Assembly: GCA_000146465.1 (NCBI GenBank)
Contig: CP001949.1
Strand: one strand, 5' to 3'
DNA length: 64,000 bases
The translations under genes and the position numbers were made by a program. This document shows, one piece after another, positions 10,263 through 19,459 of this stretch (within the stretch, counting starts at the first letter, position 1; every line of letters starts with the position of its first letter). The notes beneath the pieces were generated by a model that had not been told where the DNA came from, searched no databases, and worked only from the letters and a program-made list of their open reading frames with translations.

Positions 10263-10646
10263 ATGACTGAAGATATGAAAAAAATCATAAGCGATGTGGA
10301 AGTAAGCTCGAACCAGCCTCAGGCATGGTGCATGTTTGACTCAAACGAAGACACATGTTGGTTTTCAGGCCATGGAGGCCAACAAGACATAAACATTTAC
10401 CTTAAGCAAGCAGTATATGTGCAAAGAGTTCGAATACTCTTTCAAAGAGGATTCCATTGCACAAAGGGAAAAGGGTGTATGATTCTGAATAACTCCCGTG
10501 ATTATAAAGAAATAGAATTTCAAGACGGAGGAAGTACAGGAAGTCTGGATATTAACCAAACTGGGGACCATATCAAGATAGTTCTGGAGAGAGGTGCAGA
10601 CATGTACGGTAGATATTGTATCTATAAACTTAGCTTTGACTTGTAG
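10263..10646 (+). CDS. Galactose-binding-like (APC10/DOC-type) domain protein
   Basis: ..AWCMFDSNEDTCWFSGHGGQQDINIYLKQAVYVQRVRILF.. resembles the DOC jelly-roll core (TYWQSDG..PH.I.I.F). Assignment tentative. Confidence 0.35.
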   Translation: MTEDMKKIISDVEVSSNQPQAWCMFDSNEDTCWFSGHGGQQDINIYLKQAVYVQRVRILFQRGFHCTKGKGCMILNNSRDYKEIEFQDGGSTGSLDINQTGDHIKIVLERGADMYGRYCIYKLSFDL

Positions 10647-10701
10647 CATTGGGATTATCTTGGGCCTGGGTATTTACATGAGAAACATCTTGCCCTTTAG
10701 A

Positions 10702-11940
10702 ATGAGAATAGTGGTTAAGAATCTTCCAGAATCCACAACTAAGGAAGAAATCGAGAAGGAGTTTTCCAAACATGGAAAGATAACGGATGTGTTTATGGTT
10801 AACAATGAACAGGGCAAGTTCCGGAGAATATGTTTTATAGGGTACATAGAGGAAAAAGATGGAATGGAGGCAATAAAGTACAGAGACGGATCCATGTTTA
10901 AGAACCACAAGATAAGATGTGAGACTACAAAAGAAGATTCCTATGAAACAAGCGAATCTGAGGAAAGAATGATTAGATATTCTAGGAAAATATTCATTAG
11001 AAACATTCCTGCAGATGCGGACGAACGGTTTATCAGTGATGTATTTAAAGAGTATGGAGAGGTTGAGGAGGTTGGATTACTGCCTCGCCATGAGGGAAAG
11101 GGAGCATATGTTAAGTTTAGTAAAGGAGAGTGTGCATTGGAGGCATACAGAAAAGTAAAGCTTATCGGAGGAGTAAAGCCAAGAATGCGCCCATGGAAAG
11201 ATAGAGGCGAAAAACGTGAGCACGAGCATTACAATACATTGTTCTTTAACTTCGAGTCGGTTGTGAAGAAGATATGCGAAAGCGAAAGGATTGGAATCAA
11301 GGATCTTGTCGATGTTAACGATAAAGATCTTGGGGCTCGGATGGCTCGTGCCGAAACACATCTGGTCCAGGAAACCAAGGAGTTTCTTGAGAACAATGGG
11401 ATCTATCTCGATCATCTTACCGGCTCTGTCGACAGGAAAAAGCTGATAGTCCGGAATATGGAACTTATGAAGTGCTTGGACCTTGTAGACAATGGTTGCA
11501 AGATTAGTATTGCACCTTCAAAGTGCCTTGCACTTCTTAAGTTTGATTCTGAGGAAGATGCCAAAAGGTGTTACAAAAAGCTGAGTCTGAGAAGGATGAG
11601 GGAGCATGTTATCTATTGCGAGTATGCACCCATATGCAATGCTCCGAGTAAAAGAGAAGAGCCACCTAAAGAACACACAGAAAAGAAGAGTAGAAAGGGC
11701 ACAAACAAGCTTCTTATCAGAAATGTTCCGTTCCAAGCCTCCAAAGAAGATGTTAGGAAGATATTTGATTCATTCCATGTGGTAAATGTCCGTATTCCTG
11801 TGAAGAGAGAAGGGACTAGCCGAGGATTTTGTTTTGTAACATTCCAGTCGCCCGAAGAAGTTTCTGCAGCCATTGAGTATTTTGGAAGCAGCACACATTT
11901 GTACGGGAGGCGTCTTGTTCTCGAAAAGGCAAAATCCTAG
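10702..11940 (+). CDS. Multi-RRM RNA-binding protein (Mrd1/RBM19-like)
   Basis: At least three RRMs: IVVKNLPES..KITDVFMV, IFIRNIPADADE..GAYVKF, LLIRNVPFQASKEDV..RGFCFVTFQ. Start placed at MRIVVKN to avoid overlap with the upstream gene. Confidence 0.7.
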   Translation: MRIVVKNLPESTTKEEIEKEFSKHGKITDVFMVNNEQGKFRRICFIGYIEEKDGMEAIKYRDGSMFKNHKIRCETTKEDSYETSESEERMIRYSRKIFIRNIPADADERFISDVFKEYGEVEEVGLLPRHEGKGAYVKFSKGECALEAYRKVKLIGGVKPRMRPWKDRGEKREHEHYNTLFFNFESVVKKICESERIGIKDLVDVNDKDLGARMARAETHLVQETKEFLENNGIYLDHLTGSVDRKKLIVRNMELMKCLDLVDNGCKISIAPSKCLALLKFDSEEDAKRCYKKLSLRRMREHVIYCEYAPICNAPSKREEPPKEHTEKKSRKGTNKLLIRNVPFQASKEDVRKIFDSFHVVNVRIPVKREGTSRGFCFVTFQSPEEVSAAIEYFGSSTHLYGRRLVLEKAKS

Positions 11941-11959
11941 TTTTGATAGAAAATTGACT

Positions 11960-13600
11960 ATGGATCCAATAAAATTTAAACCCTTAATGAAAAGTGTAAT
12001 GAAAACAGCAAAACAAAAAATACTGTCTCTGATATCCAGTAGCTTTCTCCTATTCACAATGACTTCATTAGACCTACTTTCCTTTGGAACAAAGCTTCTA
12101 AGCACAGAGAACAGCCACAACAAGAATATTGGAAATGTAAGTGCCATGATGTTCCTCTACTCAACAATAGCTTCGCAGTTTGTGTTCGGTCTGTTTAGTA
12201 AACTGGGTGGAATCGCAGCAGGAGCCATATTTGAGGCACAAAAGGACACTCGAAGAATTCACAAGGTATGTTTCAAGATGTCATCCACCTTTGGAGAAGA
12301 AATTTCCACCACCTATGCATGCATCTTTCTTAGCACCATTCTGTTTGCTTTCTTCTCCTATGTTCTCAAGACACTCAAGATTGGAAGCAATCTTAAATAC
12401 ATCCCTATACCGGCTCTGTACGGGGTTATGGTATCCATAGGGGCAATGTCCATCGAATGTGGATTTGAGGAAGTGTATTCGATTACATGGAAGTATGTTC
12501 ATGTCTGCCTCGCCGTGACCATTGTCCTTGCACTTCTTGCAGTGGTCTTGGATATTTTGTTCCCTGAATATTTCCTGATGATTCCCATGTTCTCCTTTAG
12601 CATCTTTGCAGTGTTTTATCTAGTCTTTTTAGCTGCAGGAAAGGATATCGAATGGATGAAATCTGTGGGTCTTATTCCAAAAGCCGGAGGAATTGATCTC
12701 AACCCCCTTGAAACTCTGAAGCATCTCAAGATAGAAAATATAAAAATAGAGGCAGTTAAGGCCAACTTGATGAACATCCTTGGATTATCTTTATTCAATT
12801 TAGTTCACATAGCTGTGAATGTACCGAGTTTTGCAGAGACTTTTGGTATAAATGCAGACTTGAATAAGGAGCTAGGAGTCCAGTCGATCGGGAACATTGT
12901 ATCTGCATTCTTTGGATATCCAACCTATTTTATATGCTCTACATCCATCTACTTCAACAAATCAGGAGGAAGATCCAGAATCCACTCTTTTGTGGGCGCA
13001 ATTGCCATGTCCTCCCTTCTGGTTATCGGAGGACCCATAAGAGAAAGAATTCCTACTATTCTCTCAGGAACGATCCCTATGTTCATAGGATTTGGCTTCC
13101 TGTATTCATATCTATGGACTCCTATACTCAAACTGTCCTGGGTGGATCTACTGACGCTAGTAATGTCCAGCGTTGTGTCATGGTTCTTAACACCAATATT
13201 CGGACTCGTGTTTGGAATGCTTTTTAACTCCTTCTTTGTCCTGTGGTCTCATCTATTCACAACAAAGGTCTTCCATTCGAAGCTGGGAGAGACCATAAGG
13301 ATATCAAGAGAAACAACAGAAGAAATGTACAGAGTAGTGGACCTTGGCCCTCTAACTTCTTTTGGAAATCTAAGTGAATCTGTCAAGGCAATGAAAGTCC
13401 TTTGCAAGGAAAATGTCCTTTTCGACCTCAGGTCTTGTATGTATTTCGGAGCCAATGCAAATATGGCTCTTGAAGAGGTTGCTGGAGCAATAGAAGAAAA
13501 TGGAAACCAAGTATTGATGATCGGTAGTCCACAGAATCTTTATACCCATCTGTTCTCTAAATACATGGCCGATTTGCCTGAATCGGAACTTAGCAGGTAA
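11960..13600 (+). CDS. SulP/SLC26-family anion transporter with C-terminal STAS domain
   Basis: About 10 hydrophobic helices, then VDLGPLTSFGNLSESVKAMK..LFDLRSCMYFGANANMALEEVAGAIEENG (STAS-like). Start at MDPIKF downstream of the preceding stop. Confidence 0.65.
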   Translation: MDPIKFKPLMKSVMKTAKQKILSLISSSFLLFTMTSLDLLSFGTKLLSTENSHNKNIGNVSAMMFLYSTIASQFVFGLFSKLGGIAAGAIFEAQKDTRRIHKVCFKMSSTFGEEISTTYACIFLSTILFAFFSYVLKTLKIGSNLKYIPIPALYGVMVSIGAMSIECGFEEVYSITWKYVHVCLAVTIVLALLAVVLDILFPEYFLMIPMFSFSIFAVFYLVFLAAGKDIEWMKSVGLIPKAGGIDLNPLETLKHLKIENIKIEAVKANLMNILGLSLFNLVHIAVNVPSFAETFGINADLNKELGVQSIGNIVSAFFGYPTYFICSTSIYFNKSGGRSRIHSFVGAIAMSSLLVIGGPIRERIPTILSGTIPMFIGFGFLYSYLWTPILKLSWVDLLTLVMSSVVSWFLTPIFGLVFGMLFNSFFVLWSHLFTTKVFHSKLGETIRISRETTEEMYRVVDLGPLTSFGNLSESVKAMKVLCKENVLFDLRSCMYFGANANMALEEVAGAIEENGNQVLMIGSPQNLYTHLFSKYMADLPESELSR

Positions 13601-13754
13601 ATTAGCAATACTAAATATTTCTTGAATATGCGGAAATCCCTCTTTCTTAAACTTGCATAAATTTCTTATGCTGATACTCCTACCAATGAAAAGTTATCAA
13701 TTAGCTTTCTCATTGCTGTCTTTTCCATATTAGGAAGATCCACAAATATAAATA

Positions 13755-14597
13755 ATGATTTATAACAACCCTGTATCAAAAATGATGATGAAAGAGGGAA
13801 AAAATATCACAAATCTTCTTTTAGGCTTTGATTGCATTTTTGCATTCTTATCAATTATTGGATGTACACTTGGAATACTTGGGTTATTTGTGGATAGGTT
13901 AAAAACAATATCTCAACATGGATTAATAGGAATTTTTGCTTTGGCATCCCTGGGACTTCTGTGGAGCTTTGCCAATTCTTTGCACAAGAAGATCGAAAGC
14001 CCTTTCTTTGAAAAGAAAGGAGGATTCCTCAATCCGGCCATTTTATTGTCTCTTATCGAGATGGTTGTGATGCTGCTTTGTATCAAGGCTGTGCTCTTCT
14101 ATCCCTCCAGCTGTTCTTTAACGTGTGAGGACAGTAAAGTTTGCAAATTTGGGTTTCTTGGAGCAATCTTTATGCCTTATGTCTTCAATGAGTGCATAAG
14201 GCAACTGCTAGGCTCTGGCAAAAGCCGAAAGCAAGATACAGTGATCTTGGGGATTCTAATTCTGGGATGCTTGGTAATGGCAGGACTAATTGGCCTTGAC
14301 ATTAAGATGAAGAAAAACTACACTTCGATAGGAATCTTTAGTATTGGCGTGCTGTCATTACTTGTTCGCCTTGCTTTCATTGGAGAAAATGAAAACACTG
14401 AATCTTCCGATGACTCTGAAGATGAGGGGCTCAAAGAAGATCCCAAATACATCGGAATGGTTACTACACTTATGCTGGTAACACTGATATTTGCCAGGTC
14501 TCATCGTATTCTATTTAGCAAGGATGGAACCACCCTATTTGATTCCCTCAAATCTCTTAATCTCCTAGGATTGAAGGCCGGAAGCCAGGCCAGTTGA
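13755..14597 (+). CDS. Polytopic membrane protein, unknown family
   Basis: 5-6 hydrophobic segments and an acidic loop (ENENTESSDDSEDEGLKEDP). Confidence 0.45.
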   Translation: MIYNNPVSKMMMKEGKNITNLLLGFDCIFAFLSIIGCTLGILGLFVDRLKTISQHGLIGIFALASLGLLWSFANSLHKKIESPFFEKKGGFLNPAILLSLIEMVVMLLCIKAVLFYPSSCSLTCEDSKVCKFGFLGAIFMPYVFNECIRQLLGSGKSRKQDTVILGILILGCLVMAGLIGLDIKMKKNYTSIGIFSIGVLSLLVRLAFIGENENTESSDDSEDEGLKEDPKYIGMVTTLMLVTLIFARSHRILFSKDGTTLFDSLKSLNLLGLKAGSQAS

Positions 14598-14700
14598 ACT
14601 TGATGGGAGGAGGAGAGACATTAATGGTAAAAATGAGGATGGAAGAAAGGGGTCCTTATAATTAAAAATTTAATTGAATGTCTCTTCTTTTCTCCCGAAT

Positions 14701-14973
14701 TCACAAGTTTTGCTGGAGTTCCATTTCACCTTTCTCTGGCTTACTGAGAATTTCTATATCCATAACAAAATCTCCCCTGGCCATCACCAGCCCCAAGACT
14801 CTACGTCTAGGCTCTTTGCTACCTCTTGCATTCCGGAATTCCTCGCTGTCATCAAGAACTACATTTACATCCTCGTCAACAGATAGCATGGTTCCCTCCA
14901 TCCATCTCCCATCCTTCATTTTAACCTTTACTCTATAGTTCACGTACTTTCCCAAACTCAGACCCATGGGCAA
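14701..14973 (-). CDS. Sm protein (SmB-like small nuclear ribonucleoprotein)
   Basis: Sm1/Sm2 motifs: YVNYRVKVKMKDGRWMEGTMLSVDEDVNVVLDDSEEF ... RRVLGLVMARGDFVMDI, closely matching SmB (RMRVTLQDGR..FDKHMNLILCDCDEF..RVLGLVLLRGENLVSM). Confidence 0.8.
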   Translation of the reverse strand: MPMGLSLGKYVNYRVKVKMKDGRWMEGTMLSVDEDVNVVLDDSEEFRNARGSKEPRRRVLGLVMARGDFVMDIEILSKPEKGEMELQQNL

Positions 14974-15003
14974 GAGCCTTGGCGGAGAGAAAATAGGAAG
15001 AAA

Positions 15004-16695
15004 TCACATTTTATTCAAAGGTGTAGCTCCAAGGATTTTTAGTCCGTTATGAAGAACGATCCTTGCAGAAGACAGAACAAGGAGTCGAGCTCTGGCAAGT
15101 TCCTTCTCCACACCTAGAACCTTTAGGCTATTGATTGCGACATTGACGCAGCTAGCAAGATCTTGAAGATATGTGACGATTCTCGAAGGCTCGTAGTCGT
15201 CCAGACACTTTTCAACAGCATGCTCAAACCACAGGAGCTTGTAGACAAGATTGAAAACCTCTGGAACATGAATAAGGCTAAAGTCGATCGTGTTGATATC
15301 GCTGTAGTCAACATCGCTGTTCCTGGATTCGATGCTCTTCAGTCTGCAATGAGCATACTGCAAGTACGGCCCTGTTCCAGAGGTGTTTCTTGCCCTCTTT
15401 TCAATGTCAAACTCATATCCCTTAACTCTTCTAGCAGTAAAATCCATTACTAGAAGTGTTGATATGGCAAGGACTTCGGCAGTCTGGTCAATCTCGTCCA
15501 TTGTAAACGAGTTCTTGGTACTATCCGACATCATGACCTTCTTCATGACACTTGTAGATTCTTGGATTATGTCCTCGAGGAATTGGGCCTTTCCGGCTCT
15601 TGTAGACATCCCAGCAACCAATCCGTAGCTTACATGCAAGAATTTGCTTTCGTCGTGCCCAAGAATCCCAAGAATCTTGAAGAGATCTTCAAAGTGTTTG
15701 TTCTGCTCGGTCGACACAACGTAGATGATCTTTTCAGGAGAATATTTCTCAAGTCTTTCAATTGCGGCAGCAATATCTCTTGTTATGTAGAGTGTCGTTC
15801 CATCGTTCTTCATCACAAGTACCTTTCTGTTTTTTCCAAGATCAAATACCTTGGACCCGTCCTCATCTGTCTTGACTTCCTTATACGCCTCAACTATCTC
15901 TTTCCCCTTTTTGTTGTACAGGCTTTCTCCGGAATAGACATCGAATCTCACATTCAATCTTTCATAGAGACTCTTGTATTTTTCAACACTCAGCTCCCGG
16001 AATCTTTTCCAGAGATTCATGCACCATTCGTCGTTTTCCTCCTCCATCTTCCTGAAGATCTCTCTGGCCTCCAGATCAACTTCTGGGTTTTCCTTTGCAT
16101 CGGCGCTTATCTTCACATAGACATTGAACAGATGCTTGAGAGGGTCTTTCTCCAGCTCCTCTTCACTTCCATACTTACTGTATCCAAGGAGTACAAAGCC
16201 AAATTGTTTTCCCCAATCTCCAAAGTAGTTCATACTGACTGTCTCGTATCCAGATGCCTTCAGTAAGTTTACGATAAACTGGCCTAATATTGTTGTTCTC
16301 AGATGTCCTATGTGGAAAATCTTTGCAATGTTGGGGCTACTGTATTCCACCACCATTCGTTTGCCTTTTCCAATGCTATTGTTTCCAAATGTCTCCTTGT
16401 TACTTTGGATATAACCAAGAACATCCTTGAGTATTGCCTTCTTGTTAATGTCAAAGCACACCGAAGGTCCTCTTATGGCCAGGTTTTGAATCAGCTCGAT
16501 GCTTGCCTTTTCAAGCGCTTCATGAAGCTCCTTAGCATCTTCCTGTGGAGAGGACGATATTTTAATGAGGAAAAGAGTAACATTTGGCTTCTTTGGCTGG
16601 CAGGACTTTTCCATACATCTCTCGATTTCCTCTGGACTGAACTTTGAGACATTGGATACTTGTTCCACAACTTTTTTAAAAAGCTCGTTAAACAT
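15004..16695 (-). CDS. Arginyl-tRNA synthetase
   Basis: Class I HIGH motif (SSPNIAKIFHIGHLR). Overall length and domain order match ArgRS. Confidence 0.9.
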   Translation of the reverse strand: MFNELFKKVVEQVSNVSKFSPEEIERCMEKSCQPKKPNVTLFLIKISSSPQEDAKELHEALEKASIELIQNLAIRGPSVCFDINKKAILKDVLGYIQSNKETFGNNSIGKGKRMVVEYSSPNIAKIFHIGHLRTTILGQFIVNLLKASGYETVSMNYFGDWGKQFGFVLLGYSKYGSEEELEKDPLKHLFNVYVKISADAKENPEVDLEAREIFRKMEEENDEWCMNLWKRFRELSVEKYKSLYERLNVRFDVYSGESLYNKKGKEIVEAYKEVKTDEDGSKVFDLGKNRKVLVMKNDGTTLYITRDIAAAIERLEKYSPEKIIYVVSTEQNKHFEDLFKILGILGHDESKFLHVSYGLVAGMSTRAGKAQFLEDIIQESTSVMKKVMMSDSTKNSFTMDEIDQTAEVLAISTLLVMDFTARRVKGYEFDIEKRARNTSGTGPYLQYAHCRLKSIESRNSDVDYSDINTIDFSLIHVPEVFNLVYKLLWFEHAVEKCLDDYEPSRIVTYLQDLASCVNVAINSLKVLGVEKELARARLLVLSSARIVLHNGLKILGATPLNKM

Positions 16696-16774
16696 TTTGA
16701 AGGGTATATTCCTTCTGCTGGTTTTGCAGGGATGAAAAGGCTCTCAAAGCAAAGGAAAGAAAAAAGCATTAGAA

Positions 16775-16903
16775 AAAAAAGCCGAATCTACATCCGGCAA
16801 CCTCTCAAGTTATACATGTCGTCCTTACGCAGGGGCCATGCTAATCTTCTCTGTGTTGTTCCAAATCAATGGCGGTAGAAAACTACAACCCTTCCCTGCG
16901 AGA
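16775..16903 (-). ncRNA. U6: U6 spliceosomal snRNA
   Basis: The minus strand contains ACAGAGAAGATTAGCATGGCCCCTGCGTAAGGA, identical to the universally conserved U6 ACAGAGA/AGC box and 3' ISL region. A 5' stem-loop lies upstream. The gene ends in a run of at least 8 T (plus-strand A8 at 16773-16780), typical of a Pol III terminator. A TTAATTAATA TATA-like element sits about 30 nt upstream. Ends approximate. Confidence 0.85.
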
Positions 16904-17202
16904 TTTTTTTTATCCATTCAGTTTCCTCCCGTATTAATTAAGCGGCCATGTGTTTGGTGGATTTTTGTTCGGAGGCCGAAAGCAAAAAAAGAATTGGTAT
17001 GGAAAATAGGAGACGTGGCAAATTTCATTGGTAACTAGGTCATTAAAAGTTTCGGCCTGTCACATCACAAAGGGAGAAAGATGAAACAGGAAGCAGGCGA
17101 TTTTAGATTATGGGTTGAGAATGTTGTTTCAAGAACAGTATCCAAAGCAGGTATAAACGAGGTGTCTCTTCCAGACTCTGAATCAAAGATCTATGTGTTC
17201 CG

Positions 17203-17967
17203 ATGGACGGAAGGGTTTTATTCAATGTATCGGACCTTGCAGATATATTCAGGTGTTTTGGAACTTTTGTGAGTTCTTCTCAGATACATGAGTATATGGA
17301 GTCTGCCGGATATATAGAAAGGTTGGAGCAGCTCAAAGATTTCTTTGGAAAAGACTGTCTGGAGGTGGTATGCAGCAGTGTATTGAACAGCAAGCTTCTT
17401 GAACGTATAGAGTCTTCTGCAGATGGCGGAAAAGGATCCGGGCATCTGGATGATACAAGGATAGAATTCACCGGGTCCAAGTTCTCTTTTGGAGAATACA
17501 AGTTTGAGAGCCAGAAAGAAGATCAAGATCTTGACAGATTCCGTAATGTAAACGAACTATACCCTTTTAATTGTCAATGGACCGATAACATCATGGATGG
17601 AATACTTAAGAACATATATACAAGCGACGGAAAGAAGGCTGAAGACGGCTGCATGAAGAAAGGGTCCGACGTTGTAAGAGCAGGGAGTAGAGGAAGACAT
17701 ATGAAAGTCTCGGGAAGCCTAAAGGATCGCCCGTTTGTGTGTACATACAACGATTGTAAGAGAGCCTTCAAGAGATATGAGCATTTGAAGCGCCATAACC
17801 TGATGCATACTGGAGAAAGACCTCATAAATGCAGATTCCCCGGGTGCTCCAAAGCCTTTTCCAGATCAGACAACCTGTCCCAGCACTATAAAGTTCATAC
17901 CACAACAAGTGAGATACATGCCAAGAGCTATGAATCCTATAGATACTTGAATAAAGAGTTTAACTAG
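17203..17967 (+). CDS. C2H2 zinc-finger protein
   Basis: Two consecutive classical C2H2 fingers near the C-terminus (FVCTYNDCKRAFKRYEHLKRHNLMH, HKCRFPGCSKAFSRSDNLSQHYKVH). Confidence 0.7.
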   Translation: MDGRVLFNVSDLADIFRCFGTFVSSSQIHEYMESAGYIERLEQLKDFFGKDCLEVVCSSVLNSKLLERIESSADGGKGSGHLDDTRIEFTGSKFSFGEYKFESQKEDQDLDRFRNVNELYPFNCQWTDNIMDGILKNIYTSDGKKAEDGCMKKGSDVVRAGSRGRHMKVSGSLKDRPFVCTYNDCKRAFKRYEHLKRHNLMHTGERPHKCRFPGCSKAFSRSDNLSQHYKVHTTTSEIHAKSYESYRYLNKEFN

Positions 17968-17973
17968 AGAAGA

Positions 17974-18408
17974 TTATTTTTCCAGCTTGTCTTTAGAACC
18001 AAAAGCTGAAGTCGATGAGTTGACATGGTTCGCCTGCATTCGGAGCCTATTTATTTCATCTTTCATGGCTGATTCCTTCTTTAACTTCATGGATGTATCT
18101 TCTGCTTCTTCTTGGATGCCGGGCTCCTCCTCTACTTTTACACAACCATCTTCGGTGATATACACCCCATTCTTTGGATCGGTTTTAATGCTTAATATCT
18201 TACTGCATCCAGTGCATTTTATGTGGAAGCGATGGCTTTCTACCCCCAAGTAGTCCTTTCCCAATGCTATTTCCCTTGTGGCATTGTGTCTTTTATTTTT
18301 GTATATGTAGGCACCACACGATAGACACTTGATCGTGAATGGCGTTGCCAATCTTGTGGGCAGTCCTTTTGGCTTGGAGCTTTTCTTCTTGTTTAGAGCA
18401 CTCTTCAT
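17974..18408 (-). CDS. Splicing factor YJU2/CWC16 (CCDC94 family)
   Basis: TPFTIKCLSCGAYIYKNKRHNATREIALGKDYLGVESHRFHIKCTGCSKILSIKTDPKNGVYI aligns with the YJU2 zinc-binding core ([42 protein letters not shown]). Confidence 0.75.
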   Translation of the reverse strand: MKSALNKKKSSKPKGLPTRLATPFTIKCLSCGAYIYKNKRHNATREIALGKDYLGVESHRFHIKCTGCSKILSIKTDPKNGVYITEDGCVKVEEEPGIQEEAEDTSMKLKKESAMKDEINRLRMQANHVNSSTSAFGSKDKLEK

Positions 18409-18479
18409 TAAGGCTATCCAGAGGCGAGATTTATCTTTCCACTCTCTTTCAGAGAAGGAAGCAATGGCAATAAGGGCCA

Positions 18480-18551
18480 GGGTTCGTAGCTCAGAGGTAG
18501 AGCAATTGATTGCAGATCAATCGGTCACAGGTTCGATTCCTGTCGGGCCCT
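18480..18551 (+). tRNA. tRNA-Cys (anticodon GCA)
   Basis: Hand-folded cloverleaf: acceptor GGGTTCG/CGGGCCC (two G-U pairs), D-arm GCTC-AGAGGTA-GAGC, anticodon arm ATTGA-TTGCAGA-TCAAT, T-arm ACAGG-TTCGATT-CCTGT, discriminator T. Confidence 0.8.
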
Positions 18552-18588
18552 TTCCTTTTCTCAAAACTCTTTTTTTGCTCTTATCCAT

Positions 18589-18795
18589 ATGGATGCAGTA
18601 GAGATTCTTCAAAGATTGAAGGAAGTTGCCGAACATTCCAAAGAGCTGGACTTCAAGCTCCAGGAAACACACAAGTCTCTGGAGTCCTGCGCAGATGCCA
18701 CCATCGAAATGGAGGCAATATCCGCCAAGATTTCAAAAGTCTTTGCTCTGTACAGAGACCTTGTCGATTTGTTGAATAAATACAGCACTTCTTAA
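18589..18795 (+). CDS. Small coiled-coil protein (68 aa), unknown
   Basis: Compact ORF immediately downstream of tRNA-Cys with a heptad pattern. Could be a small complex subunit. Not identifiable. Confidence 0.3.
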   Translation: MDAVEILQRLKEVAEHSKELDFKLQETHKSLESCADATIEMEAISAKISKVFALYRDLVDLLNKYSTS

Positions 18796-18801
18796 ACAGC
18801 C

Positions 18802-19341
18802 TTACTTAATGTCTTTTATTAAAAGCAGGCATATTCTTCTAAAAATCGACGGATGTCCTGTGTAGCAGACACCATTGTACCAAACTCCTTCGGAGTTTGA
18901 AATAAAGTTGATGGTTCCTGCAGGAAAGTACAGCGATCCAATAAGATACGACAGAAATATAAAGTAGAAGGGCGATTTTTCCTCGTTGTCAATGGTCTCC
19001 ACAAGGCGAATTATATATTTACTGCTCACTATCGTCTTAATCTTTGTTCCGTTGACTATCATTACAACCCGATCCCGCATGGGATTTATAAGCCTCAGTG
19101 TGAAGTAGAATCCCTCAAAGTCTTCTCTCTTTATTTTTAATTCCTCTCTCATTTCCTTGGAGGCATTGAGATACGTCCTTGTTTGGAACTCATCGTTTGG
19201 AGTCTCGATCTTGCTATTAATTTCCTTGGGCGACGGAAACATCATCATGCACATAATAATCACCATCATAATCCCTGCAATGGCCAGCAGCTTAGGAGTT
19301 AGCGAATTACTCCCAAATCTTAAGCTTTTTATTATCTTCAT
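18802..19341 (-). CDS. Signal-anchored (type II) membrane or secreted protein, unknown
   Basis: About 17-aa N-terminus then a hydrophobic stretch LLAIAGIMMVIIMCMMMF. The remainder is soluble and Cys-containing. Confidence 0.4.
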   Translation of the reverse strand: MKIIKSLRFGSNSLTPKLLAIAGIMMVIIMCMMMFPSPKEINSKIETPNDEFQTRTYLNASKEMREELKIKREDFEGFYFTLRLINPMRDRVVMIVNGTKIKTIVSSKYIIRLVETIDNEEKSPFYFIFLSYLIGSLYFPAGTINFISNSEGVWYNGVCYTGHPSIFRRICLLLIKDIK

Positions 19342-19459
19342 TATACGTTTTTTAAATCAGGGTACTTCTTAGGGCTTTGTTACGTCCTGTGCATAAAGGA
19401 GATATTCAGTCTCCATGGTTCCCGATCCAAGGAGAGGGAAAACCAGTAATATCCTTCCA

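Noticed and set aside
16660-17038. Short plus-strand ORFs (72 and 66 aa) in the ArgRS / zinc-finger spacer
   Set aside because: The region is explained by the antisense U6 snRNA gene and its promoter. The ORFs have no coding signal.
18474-18480. Alternative tRNA-Cys acceptor start GGGCCAG seven nt upstream
   Set aside because: It would leave 8 nt instead of 2 between the acceptor and D stems. The fold starting at 18480 (GGGTTCG) gives a canonical cloverleaf.
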